A DNA stretch of 64,000 nucleotides from an uncultured Acidobacteriota bacterium. Its GTDB lineage: Bacteria; Acidobacteriota; Thermoanaerobaculia; UBA5066; Gp7-AA6. This document shows positions 29,295 to 38,050 of this stretch, piece after piece (the first letter of the stretch is position 1; each line of letters begins with the position of its first letter). The stretch lies in NCBI GenBank assembly GCA_963804915.1, contig CAWDSI010000014.1:70975-134974 (forward strand). Direction: 5' to 3'. The notes under the pieces are model-generated. The model worked only from the letters and a program-made list of their open reading frames with translations. It was not told the DNA's origin and ran no database searches. The translations under genes and the position numbers were made by a program.

Positions 29295-29809
29295 TACGCC
29301 TTTTGGCCGATGGCCTTGCGGAACGCGTCGTAGACCGTGTCGTCGTACAGGCAGAAGACGATTTTCTGGACGTACTCGGCGGAGGGGATGAACGAGCGCA
29401 CGGCGGCGACCGAGATCTCGGCGGCCCGCTCGATCGGGAATCCGAAGACTCCGGCCGAGATCGCCGGAAGCGCGACGGACGTGGCCCCGATGTCCTCGGC
29501 GCGGCGCAGCGCCTGGAGCACGGCGGACGCCAGCAGCATCTCCTCGCCGTACTCTCCCCCTTTCCAGACCGGTCCGACGGCGTGGATGACCCACTTCGCG
29601 TGGAGCTTCCCGCCTTTCGTCACGACGGCCTGGCCGACGGCGCACGTGCCGATGCGGTCGCACTCCTCCTGGATCGTCGGCCCGCCGCGCTGCCGGATCG
29701 CGCCGGCGACGCCCGAGCCCAGCTGCAGGGCCTCGTTCGCGGGGTTGACGACCGCGTCCACCGGCAGGGTGGTGATGTCCGACTTGACGATGTCGAGAGC
29801 AACGGCCAT
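29294..29809 (-). CDS. macro-domain protein (O-acetyl-ADP-ribose deacetylase-like)
   Basis: DITTLPVDAVVNPANEALQLGSGVAGAI..., HAVGPVW and LPAISAGVFGFP are canonical macro-domain motifs. Confidence 0.85.
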   Translation of the reverse strand: MAVALDIVKSDITTLPVDAVVNPANEALQLGSGVAGAIRQRGGPTIQEECDRIGTCAVGQAVVTKGGKLHAKWVIHAVGPVWKGGEYGEEMLLASAVLQALRRAEDIGATSVALPAISAGVFGFPIERAAEISVAAVRSFIPSAEYVQKIVFCLYDDTVYDAFRKAIGQKA

Positions 29810-29833
29810 CGGCGGTGCGGTCCCTTCTCCCGT

Positions 29834-30937
29834 TTACCGTTCCAGGGAGCCGATGATGGCGTCGGCGATCCGCATGTACGCTTCGGTGACCTGCGATTTG
29901 GGCTCCCCGGCGACGATCGGCTTGCCCGCGTCTCCGCCCAGGGTGACCTTGGGATCGAGCGGGATCTCCCCGAGGAACGGCACCCCGAGCTGCTTCGCCG
30001 TCCGCGCTCCTCCTCCGTGCTTGAAGATCTCTTCGCGGTGTCCGCAGCTCGGGCACACGAAGTACGACATGTTCTCCACGATCCCGAGCACCGGGACATT
30101 CACCTTCTGAAACATCGCCAGCCCCTTGCGGGCGTCGATGAGCGAGACGTCCTGGGGAGTCGTGACGATGACCGCTCCGGAGAGCTGGATCTTCTGCGTC
30201 AGCGTGAGCTGGGCGTCTCCCGTCCCCGGCGGCAGGTCGATCACGAGCACGTCGAGCGTCCCCCATGCCACGTCCTGGAGAAACTGCTCGACGGCCTTCA
30301 TGACCATCGGGCCGCGCCAGATCACGGGCTGGTCGACGTCCATGAGGAAGCCCAGAGACATGACCTTGACGCCGTAGCGCTCGATCGGGACGATCTGGTT
30401 CGTCTCGTTGACGTAGGGCTTTTCGTCGATCCCCATCATCATCTGCTGCGAGGGCCCGTAGATGTCGGAGTCCATGAGGCCGACGCGCCGGCCGATGCGC
30501 TCCAGGGCGAGAGCCAGGTTGGCGGCGACGGTCGACTTGCCGACGCCTCCCTTTCCCGAGGCGACGGCGATCTTGAATCGGACGTTCTGCAGGATCTGCG
30601 CGGCGGCCGGCGGCGCCGCACTTCCCCCGGCGCGCGGAGGCGCCGACGTGGGAGGCTTGAGGTCGAGGCGGATCGTGACGGCCGAAACGCCGGGCAGGCT
30701 TCGGAGTTTCTCGGTGGCGTCGCGCTGGATCTCTTCGGCGGCCTTCGGGGACTCGGTCGTGATCTCGAGCCGGAAGGCGACGTTGCCTCCCCCGACCGTC
30801 AGGTCCTTGACGAAGCCGAAGGAGACGATGTCGCGGGAGAGACCCGGAAACCGCACCCCTTTCAGGGCCTCGAGCACCCTCTCCTCGGTGAGCTCCGTGG
30901 CCGCGGTCAATCGGCCCTTCCCTTTCGCTCCGCTCAA
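29834..30937 (-). CDS. apbC: Mrp/NBP35-family Fe-S cluster carrier ATPase
   Basis: N-terminal DUF59-like region, deviant Walker A VASGKGGVGKST, and the CPSCGH pair typical of Mrp/ApbC. Confidence 0.9.
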   Translation of the reverse strand: MSGAKGKGRLTAATELTEERVLEALKGVRFPGLSRDIVSFGFVKDLTVGGGNVAFRLEITTESPKAAEEIQRDATEKLRSLPGVSAVTIRLDLKPPTSAPPRAGGSAAPPAAAQILQNVRFKIAVASGKGGVGKSTVAANLALALERIGRRVGLMDSDIYGPSQQMMMGIDEKPYVNETNQIVPIERYGVKVMSLGFLMDVDQPVIWRGPMVMKAVEQFLQDVAWGTLDVLVIDLPPGTGDAQLTLTQKIQLSGAVIVTTPQDVSLIDARKGLAMFQKVNVPVLGIVENMSYFVCPSCGHREEIFKHGGGARTAKQLGVPFLGEIPLDPKVTLGGDAGKPIVAGEPKSQVTEAYMRIADAIIGSLER

Positions 30938-31005
30938 GGATCGTCGCGGCGGTATCGCCGCGCAGCTTGATCGCCGCGCTCACGCGGCCCTCGAAATCGT
31001 CGTGG

Positions 31006-31788
31006 TCATGAACGGTCGAAATTGTATGCCAGCGCGGCCCGGGCCTCCTCGCGGAGAGCCGCCACCTGCTCGCGGAGCCGGTCCGTGACCTCGTTTCGGT
31101 CGCGAATCGTCAGGCCCTCCACCGGAATCGGCTCTCCGATGGCCGCCACGACCTCCGAGGGCGTGATCGTGAACCCCCCGCGTCTCTGAACACCGAACGT
31201 CCCCGCGATGCCGATCGGCTGCAGCGGGAGTCCCGAACGGATGGCGAGGAGAGCCGCTCCGGCCTTGAAAGGGAGCAGCTCGCCCGTCCGCGTCCGCGTC
31301 TCCTCCGGGAACACGATCAGAGAGCTGCCACGCCCCAGCCGCCGCAGCGCCGCGTCGATCGTGGCGGTGCCACGGCGGTGCTCGCCACGGTCGACCGGCA
31401 CGAACCCGGCCGCATGCATCGACCAGCCGAGGATCGGGATCCGGAAGAGGTTGCGCTTGGCGAGAAACGCGAACCGCATCGGCAGGATGTGAAAGAGGAC
31501 CAGGATGTCGTAGAAACTCTCGTGGTTCGGAGCGATCACGGCGCTTCGGCCCGCAAACCGTTCTGCGTGAAGCACGCGCACGGTCACGCCGGTGCCGCGG
31601 AGGATCATCCGGGCCCATGCGCGGCCGAAAGGGATGGACAAGGAGCCGCGCGGCGGCAGGAAGCCCATCGGAATCGCCGGAAGGCCGCAGAGGATCGTCG
31701 AACCGGCGATCACGACCCAGCTGGCGAGAGATCGCAGGAATCGCACGGCGCGGCATCCTAGCAGGTGAGGGGTAACCGAGAGCGACAA
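31006..31788 (-). CDS. plsC: 1-acyl-sn-glycerol-3-phosphate acyltransferase
   Basis: HX4D motif NHESFYD, FPEETRTRTG block, N-terminal membrane anchor. Confidence 0.85.
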   Translation of the reverse strand: MSLSVTPHLLGCRAVRFLRSLASWVVIAGSTILCGLPAIPMGFLPPRGSLSIPFGRAWARMILRGTGVTVRVLHAERFAGRSAVIAPNHESFYDILVLFHILPMRFAFLAKRNLFRIPILGWSMHAAGFVPVDRGEHRRGTATIDAALRRLGRGSSLIVFPEETRTRTGELLPFKAGAALLAIRSGLPLQPIGIAGTFGVQRRGGFTITPSEVVAAIGEPIPVEGLTIRDRNEVTDRLREQVAALREEARAALAYNFDRS

Positions 31789-31806
31789 CCCTCGCCGCTT
31801 CCGGCA

Positions 31807-31836
31807 TTTACACCGTACGGAACGACGGCGTAGAAT
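31807..31836 (+). promoter_or_regulatory. sigma-70-like promoter (TTTACA-18 nt-TAGAAT) immediately upstream of mlaE
   Basis: -35 TTTACA at 31807-31812, -10 TAGAAT at 31831-31836. The mlaE ATG is at 31848, so the predicted transcript is leaderless or nearly so. Confidence 0.45.
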
Positions 31837-31847
31837 GCCGCGTCCTC

Positions 31848-32675
31848 ATGACTCAACCTCAGCCGTCCGCGACGGCGATCTTCTATCGGAATCTTCGCTG
31901 GCTCCGGTTCGTCGACCGCTTCGGCCGCAAGGGCCAGCAGGCGGTCGAGTACGTCGGGGGCCTGGCGGAGCTTGTGGCCCAGACCTTTACGGGGTGCTTC
32001 ACTCGCCCCTTCTACTCCTCGGAGCTCCTCCGCCAGATGGACGAGCTCGGCGTGAAGTCCGTCTCGATCACCGGCATCACCGCCCTCTTCACCGGCATGG
32101 TGCTGGCGCTGCAGAGTGCCTACTCGCTCGAAGCCTTCGGCGGGAAGGCCTTCATCGGACGCGTCGTGTCCCTCTCGCTGGTTCGCGAGCTCGGCCCCGT
32201 CTTGACGGCCCTGATGGTGGGCGGCCGCGTCGGCTCGGGAATCACGGCGGAGATCGGATCGATGACCGTGACCGAGCAGGTGGATGCCCTGCGCGCCATG
32301 GCGATCTCGCCGATCCGGCGGCTCGTCGTGCCGCGGGTGCTCGCGACCGTCATCATGATGCCCGTTCTGACGGCGATCGCCGATCTGCTCGGCATCCTGG
32401 GCGGCCTCCTCATCGCCGTCGTCGAGCTCAACATGACACCTCAGGACTACATCACCAGCATCTGGCAGCAGCTGTCGATTTCCGACATCTTCAGCGGCCT
32501 CGGCAAGACGGTCTTCTTCGGACTCGAGATCGCGGCGATCGGCTGCTACAACGGTTTGCAGGCCCAGGGAGGCGCGGCGTCCGTGGGCGAGGCGACCACG
32601 CGCACCGTCGTCCTGGCCTCCATCTGCGTCCTGATCTCGGACTTCTTCCTGACCAAGCTCTTCCTCGCCATCTGA
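31848..32675 (+). CDS. mlaE: MlaE-family ABC transporter permease
   Basis: Typical MlaE sequence (GVKSVSITGITALFTGMVLALQ, REL GPVLTALMVGGRVGSGITAEIGSM.VTEQVDAL). Confidence 0.88.
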   Translation: MTQPQPSATAIFYRNLRWLRFVDRFGRKGQQAVEYVGGLAELVAQTFTGCFTRPFYSSELLRQMDELGVKSVSITGITALFTGMVLALQSAYSLEAFGGKAFIGRVVSLSLVRELGPVLTALMVGGRVGSGITAEIGSMTVTEQVDALRAMAISPIRRLVVPRVLATVIMMPVLTAIADLLGILGGLLIAVVELNMTPQDYITSIWQQLSISDIFSGLGKTVFFGLEIAAIGCYNGLQAQGGAASVGEATTRTVVLASICVLISDFFLTKLFLAI

Positions 32676-33568
32676 TGAGCAGCGCCGCCGCCACCCCGGC
32701 CTCGTCGCCCGCGCCGAAAGACCGCGGCGAAACGCCCGCGCCCGGGCAGCGCGGCGAAACCCCGCGCTCCGCCAGCGCGGCGAAACGATCGTCGAGTTCA
32801 AAGAAGTCTGGAAGAGCTACTCCGGCCGCGACGTTCTCGCGGGCGTCAATCTCAAGATCCGCCGCGGCGAGGTTCTCTGCGTCCTCGGGCCGTCGGGCAC
32901 CGGCAAGAGCGTCACTCTCCGCCACATCAACGGCCTCACGCAGCCGGACGCCGGCGACGTGCTCGTGTTCGGCGAGTCGGTCGTCGGCCTCTCGGAGGAG
33001 GACCTCTCCCCGGTCCGGCGCCGGACGGCCATGCTGTTCCAGGGCGGCGCCCTGTTCGACTCCATGAACGTCGAGGAGAACGTGGGCTTTCCGGTCACGC
33101 GAGCACACGGACAAGACGCCCGAGAGGTGTGCCGCGATCGTCGCCGAGAAGCTCACCATGGTCGGCCTGCCGGGCATCCAGCGCAAGATGCCGTCCGAGC
33201 TCTCGGGAGGCATGCGCAAGCGCGTGGCCCTCGCCCGCTCGATCGCGCTGGATCCGGAAATCATCCTCTACGACGAGCCGACGACCGGTCTCGACCCCCT
33301 GAGCTCGGAGAAGATCGCGCAGCTCATCGTCGACATCAACGTCCGGCTGCAGACGACCTCGGTCGTCGTCACCCACGACATCGTGGCTTCCCGGACGGTG
33401 GCCGACCGGCTGGCCTTCCTGCAGCAGGGCCGCTTTCAGTTCATCGGGACCTTCGACGAAGCCGCACGCGGCGGCCACCCCGTGCTCATGGAGTACTTCC
33501 GCTCCATGGGTTTCCCGTGCGGCACCGGCGTCTTCGCGGCGGTTTCGGACGCACCGAAAGGAACGTAG
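32675..33568 (+). pseudogene. mlaF: MlaF-family ABC transporter ATP-binding protein, two frame disruptions (-1 near 32761-32775, +1 at about 33097)
   Basis: The ATG overlaps the mlaE stop. After a low-complexity N-terminus, the ATPase reads IVEFKEVWKSY..LGPSGTGKS..FPV in one frame and REHTDKTPE..LSGGMRKRVALARS..ILYDEPTTGLDP in another. The consensus FPLREHT is split by an extra A. Confidence 0.8.
32723..32786 (+). repeat. 27-nt coding repeat (cgcggcgaaac core, RGET...) x3 with the last period only 26 nt
   Basis: Core copies start at 32723, 32750 and 32776, with spacing of 27 then 26 nt. The missing base explains the first mlaF frameshift. Confidence 0.8.
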
Positions 33569-33571
33569 GAC

Positions 33572-34762
33572 GTGGCAGGCGAACAACAGGTCAGCCGGCG
33601 ATTCCGCGTCGGCCTCGTGGTCGTCATCGCGCTCGTCGCGACGATGATCGGGGTCTTCATGGTGGGCCAGCGGGCGAATCTCTTTCGCAAGAAGTTCCCC
33701 TACTCGACGCACTTCGAGACGGCCGCCGGGCTCGTTCCCGGGAACGTCGTGATGCTCAACGGCGTCGTCGTCGGCAACGTCCTCGAAGTCAACCTCTCGG
33801 GCGATCCGGCGGACCGGACCGTACGCATCGTCTACGACGTCGTGCGGCGGTGGGCGCCGATGCTCCGCAAGGGCACGCGGGCCTCGATCAAGACGCGGGG
33901 CCTGCTCGGCGACAAGTACATCGAGCTTGCCGGCGGCCTCCCGACCGAGCCCGAGGTGCCTGTCGAGGGCGAGATCCCGGCGGCGCCCGGGGCCGGTCTC
34001 GAAAAGTTCCTCGAGGGCAGCGGCGATCTCCTGACCGACCTCGGGGCCATCGCCAAGTCGCTCAAGGCGATCCTCGGCCGCACCGAGAAGGGCGAAGGAT
34101 TCCTGGGCGCGATCACATCGGAAAGCCCGGAAAGCAAGGAGCTCGGCAACAGCTTCAACGACGCGCTCCACTCGCTCAACGCCATCCTGAAGAAAATCGA
34201 CGGCGGAAAGGGGCTCGTCGGCAAGCTGCTCGTCGACGAGAAGTACGGAACGGAAACGGCGGACTCGCTGGCCGGAGCCATCCGCTCCGTCCAGTCCCTG
34301 GCCGCCAAGATCGACGAGGGTGTGCGGACCGGCGAGGGGGCCATCCCCGCCCTGCTCTCCGACCCCGAGGGCAAGAAGAAGATCTACGCCCTGGTCGACG
34401 ACCTCGCGACGGCCGCCGCGACCCTCGCCGCGGTCGCGCAGAACCTGCAGAAGGGCGACGGAGCCATCCCGATCCTGCTCAACGATCCGCAGTTCGGGAA
34501 ACAGTTCACGCAGAACCTCCAGAGCTTCTCCCAGCATCTCGACTCGATCGGGCGCAAGCTCGACGAGGGCCAGGGCACGGTTGGCCTGCTCATCAACGAT
34601 CCCTCCGTGTTCGACGCCGCGCACAACCTCGTCATCGGCGTCAACGAGTCGGCGATCCTGAAATGGCTTCTGAAGGACCGCCAGAAGGCGGGCATCAAGA
34701 AGCAGTACAACGACGGCGTCGAGTCCGGGCGCATCGAGCCGATGCCGACAACGTCGCATTAG
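33572..34762 (+). CDS. mlaD: MlaD/MCE-domain protein with long C-terminal helical region
   Basis: N-terminal TM helix, MCE domain (AAGLVPGNVVMLNGVVVGNVLEVNL), then an extended coiled-coil-like tail. Confidence 0.85.
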   Translation: MAGEQQVSRRFRVGLVVVIALVATMIGVFMVGQRANLFRKKFPYSTHFETAAGLVPGNVVMLNGVVVGNVLEVNLSGDPADRTVRIVYDVVRRWAPMLRKGTRASIKTRGLLGDKYIELAGGLPTEPEVPVEGEIPAAPGAGLEKFLEGSGDLLTDLGAIAKSLKAILGRTEKGEGFLGAITSESPESKELGNSFNDALHSLNAILKKIDGGKGLVGKLLVDEKYGTETADSLAGAIRSVQSLAAKIDEGVRTGEGAIPALLSDPEGKKKIYALVDDLATAAATLAAVAQNLQKGDGAIPILLNDPQFGKQFTQNLQSFSQHLDSIGRKLDEGQGTVGLLINDPSVFDAAHNLVIGVNESAILKWLLKDRQKAGIKKQYNDGVESGRIEPMPTTSH

Positions 34763-34773
34763 GCCGGGGCCAA

Positions 34774-35736
34774 ATGAAGATTCTCGTCACCGGCGGCGCC
34801 GGCTTCATCGGCTCGCACCTCGTCGAGCGCCTCCTCGCGCGCGGAGACCGGATCGTCGTGCTCGACGACTTCAACGACTTCTACGATCCCGCGCTCAAGC
34901 GCGCCAACGTCGCCGTGACGGCCGGCAACCCGGCCTACCGCCTGGTCGAGGGCGACATCCGCGACCGCGCCCTCGTCTTTCGGCTCTTCGCCGAGGAGCG
35001 CTTCGACGCGGTCGTCCACCTCGCCGCCCGCGCGGGCGTTCGCCCCTCGCTGACCCAGCCGGTCCTCTACGAAGAGGTCAATTGCGTCGCCACGCTCCAT
35101 CTGCTGGAAGCGGCCGTCGCGCACGGCCGCCCGCGATTCGTCTTCGCCTCCTCGTCCTCGGTCTACGGCGTCAACTCGAAGCTCCCCTTCTCCGAAGAGG
35201 ACCCGATCGAGCGCCCGGTCTCGCCCTACGCGACGACCAAGCGGGCGGGCGAGCTCCACGTGTTCACCGCCCATCACCTCCACGGGCTGCCGGCCGTCTG
35301 CCTGCGTTTCTTCACGGTCTACGGGCCGCGGCAGCGTCCGGAGATGGCGATCGCGCGGTTCCTCCGGTGCCTCGAGTCCGGCGAGACCATTCCGTTCTAC
35401 GGCGACGGAAGCTCCCGGCGGGACTACACGTACATCGACGACATCCTGGACGGCATCGCGGCGGCGCTCGACCGCTCGCTGTCTTTCGAGATCGTCAACC
35501 TCGGCGGCGCCCATCCGGTCACGCTCTCCGAGCTCGTTTCGGCGCTCGAGCGCGCGACCGGCCACGAGGCCAGACTGGAACGGCTGCCGGACCAGCCGGG
35601 CGACGTGCCCGTGACGTTCGCGGCGGTGGAAAAGGCGGAACGGGTGCTCGGCTTCCGGGCGCGGGTGCCGCTCGAGGAGGGCCTCCGCCGGACGGTGGCC
35701 TGGTATCGCGCTCACGCCCTGGCGGCAAGAACCTGA
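34774..35736 (+). CDS. NAD-dependent sugar-nucleotide epimerase (UDP-glucuronate 4-epimerase-like)
   Basis: [34 protein letters not shown] (YxxxK), LRFFTVYGPRQRPEMAI. Confidence 0.85.
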   Translation: MKILVTGGAGFIGSHLVERLLARGDRIVVLDDFNDFYDPALKRANVAVTAGNPAYRLVEGDIRDRALVFRLFAEERFDAVVHLAARAGVRPSLTQPVLYEEVNCVATLHLLEAAVAHGRPRFVFASSSSVYGVNSKLPFSEEDPIERPVSPYATTKRAGELHVFTAHHLHGLPAVCLRFFTVYGPRQRPEMAIARFLRCLESGETIPFYGDGSSRRDYTYIDDILDGIAAALDRSLSFEIVNLGGAHPVTLSELVSALERATGHEARLERLPDQPGDVPVTFAAVEKAERVLGFRARVPLEEGLRRTVAWYRAHALAART

Positions 35737-35755
35737 GAGGAAACGGCTCGCGTCT

Positions 35756-37054
35756 ATGAACATCTGCATGGTCGGAACCGGCTACGTCGGCCTCGTCACC
35801 GGGGCGTGCCTCGCGGACTTCGGGATGAACGTCGTCTGCGTGGACAAGGACGCCGACAAGATCGCGGCTCTCCAGAGCGGCCACGTGCCCATCTACGAGC
35901 CGGGGCTCGAAGAGGTCATCGCGCGCAACGAGCGGGCCGGGCGCCTGAGCTTCACGACGGATCTCAAGCGCGGCATCGAGGACGCCCTCGCCATCTTCAT
36001 CGCCGTCGGAACGCCGCCGAAGCCGGACGGCTCGCCGGACCTGACGTTCGTCCGCCAGGTCGCCGAGGCCATCGCCGAGCACATGAACGGATACAAGGTC
36101 GTCGTGACGAAGTCCACGGTGCCCACCGGCACCGGCCGCATGATCGAGCAGATCCTGCGGGCCAAGAACGGCCGGCACGAGTTCTCCGTCGCCTCGAACC
36201 CGGAGTTCCTCCGCGAGGGCTCGGCGGTCTCCGACTTCCTGCGTCCCGATCGCGTCGTCATCGGCGCGGGCGACGCCCGCGCGATCGAGATCCTCAAAGA
36301 GATCTACAGCCCGCTCTACCTGGTCGAAACGCCCTTCGTCATCACCGACGTGACGTCGGCCGAGCTCATCAAGTACGCCTCCAACGGATTCCTCGCCGTC
36401 AAGATCTCCTTCATCAACGAGATCGCGAAGATGTGCGAGCTGATGGGCGCCGACGTCCACGACGTCGCCCGGGGCATGGGTCTGGACAAGCGGATCGGGG
36501 GCAAGTTCCTGCATCCCGGTCCCGGCTTCGGCGGCTCCTGCTTTCCGAAGGATACGGCCGCGGCCGCGGATCTGGCCCGGCAGGCCGGCTACAACTTCGA
36601 GATCATCGAGGCCACGATCCGGGTCAACGAGAAGACGAAGCGACGCATGATCGAAAAGATCCGGGACGCCGCCGGACCGCTCGCGGGCAAGACGGCCGCG
36701 GTCCTGGGCCTCTCCTTCAAGCCCGAGACCGACGACATCCGCGAGTCGCCCGCCCTCGCGGTGGTCGAGGACCTGCGGAAGGAGGGCGCCCGCGTGCGCG
36801 CCTTCGATCCGGCGGCCATGCCGAACGCCCGCGCCCTGCATCCCGACCTCGAATACGCGAAGGACGCCTACGACTGCGCCGCGGGCGCGGACTTCCTGGT
36901 CCTCGCGACCGAGTGGAACGTCTTTCGAAAGCTGGACCTCAACCGCCTGGCCTCGCTCATGAAGAGCCGGACCATGATCGATCTGCGCAACGTCTACGAG
37001 CCCGCGGAGTTGCGGCGGCTCGGCTGGACCTACGCGGGAGTGGGGCGCGGATGA
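35756..37054 (+). CDS. ugd: UDP-glucose 6-dehydrogenase
   Basis: [34 protein letters not shown] (catalytic Cys), [17 protein letters not shown]. Confidence 0.93.
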   Translation: MNICMVGTGYVGLVTGACLADFGMNVVCVDKDADKIAALQSGHVPIYEPGLEEVIARNERAGRLSFTTDLKRGIEDALAIFIAVGTPPKPDGSPDLTFVRQVAEAIAEHMNGYKVVVTKSTVPTGTGRMIEQILRAKNGRHEFSVASNPEFLREGSAVSDFLRPDRVVIGAGDARAIEILKEIYSPLYLVETPFVITDVTSAELIKYASNGFLAVKISFINEIAKMCELMGADVHDVARGMGLDKRIGGKFLHPGPGFGGSCFPKDTAAAADLARQAGYNFEIIEATIRVNEKTKRRMIEKIRDAAGPLAGKTAAVLGLSFKPETDDIRESPALAVVEDLRKEGARVRAFDPAAMPNARALHPDLEYAKDAYDCAAGADFLVLATEWNVFRKLDLNRLASLMKSRTMIDLRNVYEPAELRRLGWTYAGVGRG

Positions 37055-37995
37055 GCATGCGCGTTCTGGTCACCGGAGGCGCGGGGTTCCTGGGGAGCCA
37101 CGTCTGCGACCGCCTGCTCGCCGAAGGCCATGAGGTCGTCGCGATGGACAACCTCCTCACGGGCAACATGCACAATCTCGCCCACCTCGAGGAGAACCGC
37201 CGCTTCCGATTCGTGCGGCACAACGTCGCGGAGTACATCTTCGTCGACGGGCCGCTCGATGCCGTGCTCCACTTCGCCTCTCCGGCCTCGCCGATCGACT
37301 ACCTCGAGCTTCCGATTCAGACGCTGAAGGTCGGCTCGCTCGGCACGCACAACGCCCTGGGGACCGCGATGTCGAAGAAGGCGCGTTTCCTCCTCGCGTC
37401 GACGTCGGAGGTCTACGGCGACCCGCTCGTCCACCCGCAGCCCGAGACCTACTGGGGCAACGTCAACCCGATCGGGCCCCGCGGTGTCTACGACGAAGCC
37501 AAGCGCTTTTCCGAGGCCATCACGATGGCCTATCACCGCGCCCACGCCGTGGACACGCGCATCGTCCGGATCTTCAACACCTACGGCGAGCGCATGCGGC
37601 CGCGCGACGGGCGCGTCGTCCCGGCCCTGATCTGCCAGGCCCTGGCCGGCGAGCCGCTCACGGTTTTCGGCGACGGCTCCCAGACCCGTTCCTTCTGCTA
37701 CGTCGCGGACCTGATCGACGGAATTTACCGGCTCCTGCTCTCCGACGTGACCGAGCCCGTGAACATCGGCAATCCGGCCGAGCTCTCCGTGCTGGATTTC
37801 GCGAAGACGATCAAGACGCTGACCGGGACCTCGAGCGAGATCGTGTTCAAGCCGCTGCCCGTGGACGACCCGAAGGTCCGCCAGCCCGACATCACGAAGG
37901 CGAAGGCGAAGCTGGGCTGGGAACCGAGGGTCCGGCTCGAGGAAGGCCTCTCGAAGACGATCGAATATTTCCGGGGGCTTCCGCAGCAGCCCTGA
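37051..37995 (+). CDS. uxs: UDP-glucuronate decarboxylase (UDP-xylose synthase)
   Basis: [53 protein letters not shown] overlap with the ugd stop. Confidence 0.9.
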   Translation: MSMRVLVTGGAGFLGSHVCDRLLAEGHEVVAMDNLLTGNMHNLAHLEENRRFRFVRHNVAEYIFVDGPLDAVLHFASPASPIDYLELPIQTLKVGSLGTHNALGTAMSKKARFLLASTSEVYGDPLVHPQPETYWGNVNPIGPRGVYDEAKRFSEAITMAYHRAHAVDTRIVRIFNTYGERMRPRDGRVVPALICQALAGEPLTVFGDGSQTRSFCYVADLIDGIYRLLLSDVTEPVNIGNPAELSVLDFAKTIKTLTGTSSEIVFKPLPVDDPKVRQPDITKAKAKLGWEPRVRLEEGLSKTIEYFRGLPQQP

Positions 37996-38050
37996 TCGGT
38001 CGCGCCGTCGGCTCCGGCGCGCGGCGCTCGAGGGCGGCGGCAGGCGCGAT

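Noticed and set aside
27120-30983. 1287-aa minus-strand ORF
   Set aside because: It is a composite. Only about 28340-29294 is genuine, as the N-terminal TPR part of the FG-GAP protein. The rest is off-frame over the macro-domain and apbC genes.
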